Below, one piece after another: positions 23,755 through 35,000 of a stretch of 64,000 nt of DNA (the stretch's first letter is position 1; each line of letters starts with the position of its first letter). The notes beneath the pieces were generated by a model, which worked only from the letters and a program-made list of their open reading frames with translations, did no database searches and was not told where the DNA came from. Source of the stretch: Phoronis australis (taxonomy: Eukaryota > Animalia > Phoronida); NCBI GenBank assembly GCA_002633005.1, contig NMRA01000087.1, positions 756,320 through 820,319 of the forward strand, read 5' to 3'. A program made the translations under genes and the position numbers.

Positions 23755-25755
23755 GTGAGTGTGCTGTGTGCGGATCCCTTTATCTATACTTAGTGCATAA
23801 TTTGACGTGTAGTGGAAGGACACATTTATTCAAAAATATTGGTGTATGCTTTGTTTATTTTTTCCGTCATTGGTCTTCGTGTGTTAGCGAAGCCGCGATC
23901 TCTCTACTCTAGTCTTGTGTGTCGAGACTCCGTGCTCTTACTCAAAATCGAGATCGGTTCAAAGAAAAAAATCTGAATTAGTGATTTTATTGACAATGAG
24001 GCACGCCATTAAAATATCTTTCTCAAGTTTTTAAAGTTATGACAAACCACGTGCTGATGTAAAACGAAAACCGCATTTTGCAAGACAAGTTGACCCCCAG
24101 CCCAGGGCAGTGACTGAGAGAGGTTCTCCAAAGCGGGGATTTCTAGGTATAGAAATTAATCCCTGCTTTGTGTTTGTGTTTTCCTTCCTTGCAGCTTGGC
24201 TTGGCTGTTATATATATTCAACACTGTAACTTAAAATGAATGTATTTGGCTGAACAACAACAATAAGGGCAAAAGGATTAAAATCTTTTGTTTTCTTTGT
24301 CAGGGGTGCAGTACGGTAAATTTATTTAAATTGGAGTTAATTTTATGTCAAATGCTCTTTTCCAAGTTTCACTGCTCAGGCCTCAGTTGTTTATTTCTAA
24401 GAGTGTAAGCCATCATTTTTACATTAATGGATTTTTGTAGGAATTTTGACTATCATTGGTCAACAAGCTCACCTTGTGTATAGGTAGATCTTGTCCGAAG
24501 AGGGGGTCAAATCAATAGAAACTTGGATACCTATGTTATTACAAAATTTCACATGAAAATGTCACTTTTTTAAGCCTGGAATGTTACGCGTGTTCATAAT
24601 CATGGTAGATTTTGATTTTAAGGAGGTGTTTTTATGAACATCTCTGAAAGTGCCAAAAAGATGTTCTTTGAAGCTCACTTTTGGGGAGGGGAATCTTAAA
24701 GTAACATTAGGAACTCCTCTTGTTTGTAATCTTCGCCTATTTCTGAGAGCAAAAAAGGCCGAGATAGTGCCTATACTCTAGAAGCTTCACTTTATTAGGG
24801 TCCAGTTTTTAGAAAGTTGGTCACACTTTGAAAGTTTAGGTTCCTGTTACTCCACTGCTTTGTAGGGATTTTCAAAAACCTTGTTGAAACATGTACCAAA
24901 GTTTCTGGTGGTTGTCCTCCTTGGCATTCATAGAACACAGGATGGCTCTAGGTAAAAACATTTAAAGTCATGAATGCCATGTAGGGAAGAGATTTTTCGA
25001 GTCTTAAAAAACTGCTCTCTTCTTGGTGGTTGAAGATTTGTCATCCTAAGCTCAGTCTCCCCTTGTTTTACTTTAGTTTCACACAAAGAATTCCTTGCTG
25101 TTATTTAACATCCCATTGTACAACTGTGTGGTTGACCACTTTACAACACATATATGACAGTTGTGTAAGAGCACACATTTCTATAGGTGAAAGGTACTTT
25201 TGCTGTATTTCATCCTGCCAAGTTTAGTCTGTGAACGTTTTTAGTGGGGTTTTCATACCCACAGTTCAACTGTAACATTGTAAAAACAAATTGGATCACA
25301 AATAAGCTAACGATCAATTTTAGGTTTTCAAAATGGGGTCGTGAGATTAATAACTGCTTACACTCTATTTCAAGCTAAGCATTTATAAGTAAATGTTCAG
25401 TATGCAGTTCCCACAGAGTCTGCCTGTTATTTTCAGTTTCATATTTACATGAACTCTTGAGAAATAAACAGTTATCTGTCAATGTTATGCCTCTTATCCA
25501 AGGGTATGCATGCTGTATACTCTTTGTTACAAAACTCTTTTTGTTGTTTCATCTTTGATCAAAATATAAGGCAGAAAGTTAATCATAGTCTTTGTCAAAT
25601 GTTAACCAGCATTTCATGTGCACAATATCATGTATTTCCAAAACTATACAGTCAAATGACCTCAGTTCACTTAGAAAAGAACACTAAATTACTTCTTGTG
25701 TTGCTGCAGGTTTAGAATGTCCACCTGAAAAGCTGGACTGGTTGCCACAGCCAAA

Positions 25756-26016
25756 ATGGACAACTACTGGATGAACCACCAGGGAGCACCCCAAACTAAC
25801 TCTTGGCCCAACCAACAAGGATGGGGTTTTCCACCAGGGTTTCCTCAGCAACGAATGGGACTTCCTCCACATCACCATCCTCCGCAACAGCCGCAGCAGC
25901 AGCAGCAACAACAGCAGCAACAGCAACAACACCAATATCATCATCATCAGCTACAGCAGCAGCACCAGCAGCTGCAGCAACAACAGCAGCATCAGCAACA
26001 GCATCAGCAGCAACAA

Positions 26017-26068
<52 letters not shown>

Positions 26069-29000
26069 TGATGCTTAATATGATGGCTGCTAATAAGTTT
26101 GGTATTGCTGGTAATCACCGCATTCCGTTTCCTGTAAGCTTCCCTGGACACCACCCAGGAAAAGATGGATTTGCAATTCCACCTCATTTCCCCAACAGTG
26201 CACCTCTGCTGGACAATGGAAAACCGCCGAAGAAAAGCAAAAAGACAACGAAATCCAAGAAAGTAACCACACCTGCTAATAAAGTTGCTCCTGTAATTTA
26301 TAACAATGAACAATTAGTCAGACCTGATTTTGATTGTAGCAGAATGGCCCGGGAAGAGTCCCAAATCAGACCAGGGTTTACTGGACCATTTGTGCATGGG
26401 CAGGCTGTCAGACCAATGGTGAGCGGGACGAATGAGCCCAGCTCATCACCACGTGTTGTTACCCCTCAGAGAGTAGCTGCAAGGACTGACCCGGATAGCG
26501 AGTCTGAAATGAACAGTCTCAGTAATATGGATCTGGCTCAACAAGCACTGAACAATTTCGATAACGATTTCTCAAACTGTTCATTGGATTCACCTGAGGG
26601 ATCACCTTTAGATTCCATTACAAGTCCCCTCGTTCATGCCATCAACAATCAGGCTAAAGCGCCATCTGGTGGTGACATGAATCTGCCAAAATCGAGTGAT
26701 GTTCATGAAGAACTCGTCACTAGTTTTGCTGTGTTGCCAAGTACACCAAAAGTGTCTGATCAGATTGTGAGAATGCCTCAGGGTAAAAATACTTCACCAT
26801 CCCCTGGTCCTAACAATCTATGTTTACCCAAAAATCTGGGGCAGGTGGCAAAAAGTGCTGCGGAACCAACTAAAGATGTCTCTCAGATTATCCAACACGG
26901 ATCAGAGTTGGATCGTGTACAGCTGGGCGATTTCGGGCCGATTCTGAACACCTCGATGCATGTACCAGCACGTCTGGGTGACATGGATAAACAAGGGAAA
27001 CCGCGACGGAAACGAAGAAAATGTTGCGGCGAGTGCCCACCCTGCCGCATTAAGGAGAACTGCGGAGAATGTTATCCTTGTAAGAACAAGGGTCTGGTGA
27101 ATATGAAGTGCAAGATGAGGAAATGTGTGATGCTGAAGGTCAAGGTATGTATAGTCACCTATGATAGTAGCCGGATTGGGGGGGGGAGGTCTCCAGCGGC
27201 AAGAATTCACGAGAATGGCTTGTCTACCCAGGGATGGTAAAATCTCTCTGTGGGATACGTTATGATGGACAAGTGACATTTTGTGTTTTCATTTTTTCCA
27301 CCAATGATATGTAGCACCAAATAGATAAACTTAAAGGTTTACACTATTGCTGCCACCAAACAATATTTTAAGAAATTGTGAATGTTGGGTTATGTATATT
27401 CATTGTATCCTGAATATTTCGTAATAAACATTAAAAAAAACAAAAAAACAACAGTCTTGGAAGCTTATAAATAATGTAGAAAAGTTTAATTGTGAAAATT
27501 GTGTTTGTCTGAAATTGGTTAGATTTTGTCACAGTCACTTTCAAATGACTGTTACGTGTTTTTCTATAGTTCAATCTGACCACTTTCAGACAAAAAGTAT
27601 TGCCAAAATACATTGTTTTTTATTTTTGAAAGGCTTCTAACGTTCCGAATGCCGCAATTTTAAGAATAATTGTCAGGTGGTAGCTATGGTATAGATCTGT
27701 AAATATATTTTAATGTATTGACTTACAAAATATAAACAGCAAATTATCTTGTTGGCCACATTGGTGAAATTTTACTGTATTTATAAATGTATAGTTATTG
27801 TTTTTTGGGTTGTCATGGTTACCATTGTCGTTACGGTATTCATCAGCCATCAATCAAAATTTATGCCACCTGCCATTGTTATCACCTGCTGAGCTCTGGG
27901 TTAGTATTTTTTCAGTGAAAATTTGAATGAAACATTCACTTAAAATGAAGCAATTTAAGTGTTGCTGATTGTTTACTGCTTCTTTTACTATATTTGGCAT
28001 ATGATGTGATGTTAGCCTGTTGAATTTGATAAAAGTGTTGGCCATACAAATTGTTGAGTCCATAAACACGTTTTACAAGGGTTTCATTTGGCTAGTTCTT
28101 TGTGGAAATCAAGTGAACTACACTCTGCCAGTAGTTGATATTAAGAGTTTGAGAATCGGACAGTCCTTGCGGGAGAAAGTAATATTAATGGTCTAACTAA
28201 TTTTTTATATATTTCACAAGTATCCGCATTAACTATGCCTTTTGATGAAGGCAATTGACATGATATAACAACAATAGAAAAATGTTCGCTTTCTGGTCTT
28301 TAAATTTGCCGCAGCACTTCATAGGTGTCATGTGATAACATGTCATTGACCTAAAGCTGGGTTCGCGCAATCCCCTTACCAGATTGCTCATTGGCCAGCT
28401 ATAAATAGAATCCCATCTTCAGTCATGTCTGTTTACAAAGTTCTATTCCCACTGTGAGTAAATGGGTCTGTCTTAAGTTAATCATATGACGCCACCCAAT
28501 ACTGTACCTATCATTGGGTGATTACTTGAAGGTGTTTTAACCATGTCAATGGTCACTGAATTGTCCCATCTCTGCCACCTATATGATCTTAGTTACTGTG
28601 TTTTACACTGTTACACAATGATTGTTTTCGATACAACATAATAATTCTTTGTAAAGCAGTAGTTTATAAATTAAATTACGGATGTCCAGTCGAGGATCAG
28701 TTATAGAGACTCTAGTTCTCCATTTTCAAAAACAAAGAAATACGTTTTAGCTAACCTAACCAACTTGGAAGTTAACAAATTCTGTTTTGATAATCTATTT
28801 TTCAGAGTAAAAACAATTTATAAAAAATTTTGGTATTTGTTCTCGTCATTTATGACAGCTCACTTTAACTGAAAATTTGCTGTCTCTCTAAACTGGAAGA
28901 AGAACAAAGACACTTTTACAAATTTTAATTTTGTTTGAAACCTCCGTTTCTGTGAAAAAGTCCCCATTCTATGAATTCCGTTCATTTCCATCATTGTGAA

Positions 29001-32000
29001 AAACCACATGGTATCTACAGATAAGTGTTAATGCAACTATATTTCAATGAAGATTTTGCGCACTACTAATTGCAAAAATTGTCGTAATTTTTCCATTTGT
29101 AGAGGTAGATTAATTTGCTTTAGGGGATTTTTTTTGCCAAATCTTGTTTCATGGCTTCTTCACAGTACAGACTATGCTAGTTATCTAGGACTATATATTA
29201 CTCCCAGCTAGTAATAGACTAAATTTTTCTTCGTCTTTATTTTTGTCGAGGAATTTGACAAAATTTCTCTTGTCAGCCATATTGTGTGCTAAATAAGCGA
29301 AGGATTTTGTCTTCATCAGCATCAGTGTTACTGCTGATGTTGGGTAGAAAGTTATGTTACTAAAGATCAATTTGTTACGTTAGATATTGATTTGTAATTG
29401 ATTAGCGTTTTGACTTCTAAGAATGCATACTATTGTCATTCTTTACTTACTGGTATTTATCACATAGTATGGCTGACATGAGAAATTCCATTTTGTGTAG
29501 TTTCTCCACAAAAATCAAATGAAATTTTAGTCAATTGCTAGCATGATTTGTTCTGTTTCGTGTCATAAAACAGCTTTCGATAAATTTTCCGTTGGCAGTA
29601 AAACTATCAAGTTTTGAAAAATGGGTAAATGACAATATTGGCAATAATTTTTCTGCGAAATAAATGGAAAAGTACTGTATACGGATGTGTGCACAATTCA
29701 TGAAAGATTGAAAATTGAAGATTGTTGTAGTGTCCAGTAGTATCGGACCATGGCAATGCCCATGTTTGACTTAGTGTTATGTAATGCTCTGCTTAGTGCA
29801 CTCACCTGGTAATAGTCATGGGGGGCACTTTGAGAACCAATTTTGTCCACTACCCGGCATCAAACTGGCTCTCAGGATATGGTACCCCAGTTTGTGACTA
29901 TTTCCCCCCCTCGGTATTTGACTCCTAATTAAAACACGTGGATGCGACAACTCCTGTACTTTGTTTTTCTAGTTTAAATTCATAGTGATTAACCCCAGTG
30001 GATATTGAACTATTTTTGGTGCGTTATTCAATCCCGGCTCCTGCCTTCTCTGGCAGTGTTCTAGTCTCCAATTTATTGGGTGGCAGACGTTCATAACTAC
30101 CAAAAAACTTTGTTCATGAATTCACTTATTTTTCAACTTGGACTTGAAAAATGCACCCCCAACATTTATAAAATTTGCTATTGAAATATTTCGGGTTGTT
30201 ACCAAATGCTTCTAAGAATTATACAGATTTTGCAATCTTTTTGTAATGTATAAATTCTCAACATTTTCAAACGTCAATCTCGATGTTGCACAAAATACGT
30301 TTCCTGTCCCTTTGGTGTGGCTGCTAAAGGGATAGCATTGGTGAGAAAAAAGTAACTTCGGAGAAATAAGCAGTAGTGCAAGTCGAACCGAGTAACTTGC
30401 AGCGTTGTACATCTGAGCCAAATTTCACACATTAAATTGCAGAGTATTTTAAGTGTATTGAAATGGTAAAGACATGTCCTTGATTCAAGCGAATGTCTGG
30501 AAGACAACGGTAACGAATTGGCGATCTGTAATAAAATCACAAAAACAACAGGTTTTATCATTTTATAGCTCTCGTCAAAGCTAATAATTTCAAAAAGTTT
30601 ATACGATTCAAGAATTATCCCCAAAATTTCGGTTTTCGGCCACAAAAATGAAAACGTCTCTTTAATAGAAGAGTTCCATTTAAACTTAATGTAGTGGTAT
30701 TTTAGGTGATTTCACCGTTTCGGTTTCATTGTGGAGTATTAGCAATTGATACCAACTGTTGTTTGTTTCAGATTACCGAAAGCCAGCAAGAGAAACAGGT
30801 AATGTACAACTTATTTGTTATCAGTTTTCACCACGGCAAATATTTTGTCTGCTAATCTGCTTAACTCTTCTACAGGGATACTGAATAATCAAATATTTCA
30901 AGTCCCTTAAAAACTAGGGTGCTATAAAGATGTGCATGCAAGCGACTGTCTTCCTTTGTACTATGCTGTTTGTTATGTTTGTGAAGTGGCCGATTCAAAG
31001 ATGTGTCTATGTAATCACAGGCGATTTGAGTTGGTTTTAATTGACGCCCTTCCCCTGTATCAAGAGTGTGGTGAAAAATCTTCGACTTGGGACAAGAATA
31101 ATTGCTAAAATTTCCAGATTTCTGTTTTTCAGAAGCTTTGCCACATTGTGTCATGTGCTCAAACTTTTACCAACTGTTGTTTGACAATAGCTATGCCTTA
31201 CATACCATGCTAAAAGCAAAATTAATTCTCCTGAAGTTTTTTTTGAGAAATTTTACCGTCTGCAATATTGTGTCCCACGCTGAAGAATTTTACCACTACA
31301 CGTGGTAAAACCTCAGCAATGTAGGAAGCAATATGTAGGTCAAGAAATATTAGACCCGTTTTTATTACTTGGCGAAAATTTTATTTTCTCTTTTTATAAA
31401 AAATAATTACAGCACTATATTGATGGATTTTACGACTTTAAAGTTTTAATGTTGGAGAGCTATGGTTGTGCAATATTTGGAAGAGATTTGGTCTCTCGCA
31501 GCAATGTTAGAAGCCTTTGAAACCAAAAGCAGGTAATTTTGGTTTCATTTCTGTCTGACATTAGTTGCAAACTTTTGCTGTTCTTTCAAAAATGTTGATT
31601 ATGCTCTCTTGTTGATTGATTTTCATCGTTTTTAGAAACTTGCAAAGGTTATGCTGTCCATTAACCCCTTCCCTATCTTAAATTCGGTGCACCTTTTAAA
31701 ATGTTTGTAATCAAGGATAATACCTTAAAAAACCCTTCTTTGTGTTTTAACTAAGATTTTATTGTGAACTCTGTATAAACGCTTGTGGTCAAGAGGTTGA
31801 TTCAGTAATGAGATGCCCTATACCAGACAACCACATATGGCAAAGGTCTTGAAAATAACAGCTTTGAGGAAGAGAAACTGTATACAGTTCACTAACCCAG
31901 GTCTTGTCAGGACCTCCTTGTATTCAAAGGTCTCCTGTATGTCTGCTGCAGACCACAATGTATTTTTCATTGACACATGTGGCTTCCATTGAAATGAACA

Positions 32001-35000
32001 ATGGTTGTTTGAACAAAGGAATCTAGATATCCCTAAGTGTTGTAGTTTGCTACTGGATACACAAAAGGTATAGGGAGACCTGTGCAGACTTTTTACACCT
32101 GTACTGTTCTGCTGCAAAGAACTTGTGATCAAATGTTATATAGAGTGACAGGTCACTCAAGTTCACAAGTTCACATTTGGTGAACTTGAATGAAACTGTC
32201 ATGTCTCAAGTATTGATCTTTTTGTATTGATTTGTCTCTGCTAATGTCCAGAAAATAAAACTATACAAAAGTTGTTCCTAATGTAATGGATGCTGGCAGA
32301 ATGGAGCTAAGATATAGCTTGTTCACTTTCAGAATTGCATGTCATGATTGGTCAGTTGTAAACTTTGATGGAATTAACTCTCAGATGATAATCGTGACAT
32401 TACAACTTTGTCTTCTGATTGTTGGCTTAATATCCTGAAAATTCCACATACTGGTTCATTTATGTTGTGCTTGGCTGTCATGGCAACAACTGACTTGGAA
32501 ATTTGGTGCAAATTGATAACATAATGTGTAGAGATCCATAATGAATTGTGGGAATTTCGGTTTAGAAAACTGTTTATTTTCTTTAGAATCAGACGTACAA
32601 CTCTTTAGTTTTGTAAGGACATAAAAGCGACTTAATTCGCTTAACCAGAATTTCATCATTGAGCAAAACAGGCCAAGATAACGTCAAGCTTGATTGAGTG
32701 ATGCGGGTCTTCAAACTCAAGTAAGATAAAATGAGAATGAAATGGTATATTGCGTTAAAACTAGCACCCTTCATTCCGACCACAACATTACCATAGAAAA
32801 TGCAAGCTATTTTTAACTTGCCTTATTTCTTTAGTTGCATTACTTGATTTTTTGTGAAATGTCAAAATTAAATCAAAACAATCAACATGTGCTATTGTGT
32901 GAAACTGGATGTCCCAAGGAAATAGCCATATTACTGAAGCAGCGTTCAATATACTTTAAGAACAAAAATAATTTCTTTCATTCTTGTGCAGGACTATTTG
33001 TAAGATTAATTTGAGCTTAACACAACAGAAGTGATTTGACAAAATTCATAAGAAGTGAAATTCCATGGCCTTTTAAGGTCTCAGTCCAAATCACAGAAAT
33101 TAACTGTTGGTAGCGCTAAACGTTGGCTACCAAGTACTCTATCGGCATTCCAAAGGGGTCCCAGTCGCGCAAGAGCTTACTACAAACAGGTGGCGCAGCA
33201 CACAAGATCAAGTCATGTAGTGATTTACTACTAGCTGGATTGTTACAATGTTCCCAAAAACTAATCAGTGATCCCAGGGGATCTGATTTGACCATGTCAA
33301 AGCTTTAGACTTAACATTTTCTCCACGATGTTATAACGCGACCAGTGCAGCAGCTTGTGAATATTAAAAGTAATCCTAGCTAAACTAGAGTTGATTTTTA
33401 ATGTATGTGCATTTTTGCTCAGTGGTCAGTAATTTGTCAAATGACACTGAACCGATTGTCGTGACATACGTTTCAAACATTTAGTGAGGAGTTCTGTCTG
33501 GTTCTCATCTTGACAAAATTTGTGCTTGTGTGGTAAAATATTAATTTCTACTCAACTGTCCAAGCCAAATTTGATTATGTTCGAAAAAAATCATACTAAG
33601 GTTTATACAGAACTGGGCCAAAGAAAATGTACAACTTCCAAGTTTACTGTGGTATTGGGTCTATAACAAATCATGGTCAGCATAGTCACAAAACGAAAGC
33701 CTTTTCATACTAATTTAACTCCGATATGATCGGGGCATCAATGTAAACTGCGAAGTTAGTTCATTAGTTCATGCCAGCTTCTGTAGTAAACAGTAGGTAG
33801 CACTGTCATTATCGAAGTAATCACAAGGTGGCGCTGATACATCCTGTGCCTGCTAAGATTTTTTTAATGTGACAATTTGAGAACATTTATGTGTGGTAGT
33901 TAACATAAAATTTACTTCTAATTCGATTCGTGATTATTTTAGCAAAATATTAGCGAATATTAACGACGACGCTGCCCTTTAATTATTGATTATAGTATTG
34001 GCCCCTGATGATAACTTCAATGAGGCCGAATGTGACGCACTGCAGTAAATTCACCTGTTTACTGTGATGTTACCGGCAATTAGCACTGTTAACTTTGATC
34101 CAGAACCGAAGTTAACCGTTCATACTGACCGCAACTCCCCAATACACCAACGTTAGTGTGAAAGGGCCTTGAAAGTCTAATATTCACGTACAAAGTTGTT
34201 TATCTTTACAACAAGTCACACATCTAATTGGTTTGGTCAGTATCACCATTTATCGATAAAAGCCCTTAGTTGAATGGACACCTTTGCTTCGCCATCTAAC
34301 TATGAAGCTAATTTCATTATGTCGCACTTTTTGAAAATGGCTGTTAGAGGTTATGATATTTAAGATCATAATGCCAACATATTTGAATAGTAATACCGTT
34401 ACATTTGACATTTCTGTAATTGCGTAATGTTCAATTCCACAGCATTCCTCTCCCATTATATGAAAAAAGTAATCTAGTATCTATTCAATTTGTTTGTCTA
34501 TAAGTCAACTCCACAACTGCTGTCTCCTTATAGTGATGTTATAATGGTCTCCTTACTGGTAGAGTTTAGTGGCAACAAATTCCGCAGCATTTGTTTGCAT
34601 AACAGAGGGGACAATTGGAGTGGAATCAACCCAATTGTTAACAATTTTTTTGACATGTTGTAGTCAAGTGGCACCTGACAAACCTTGTCGTCTTGTTAAA
34701 TGTATTTCTGTGCCAAGAAATGTCTGATGTGCTGAGATTGTCCCAAGATGAGGATGTCACTGAATGTCATGATTGGCTCTGTATTATATTCAAACGTTAT
34801 CATGCGTTACATTAATACTTCCAGTGAAACCCAATTTCGAACTGCCTTTATGCTTTCATCAGGCTTTTTGAGTGGGATATGTCAACTCCCTCAAACTTTG
34901 AGCCAACACTCTCAAAATTACATCAGCAGCACGCTCAAATTTCAAGTCTCCACATGCTCTTTTCTTGATTGATTGTCAAATTAATTTTGACTTCTACATT

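Noticed and set aside
25684-26313. Poly-Leu and poly-Ala ORFs overlapping the TET N-terminus
   Set aside because: These are alternative-frame and antisense shadows of the CAG/CAA repeat.
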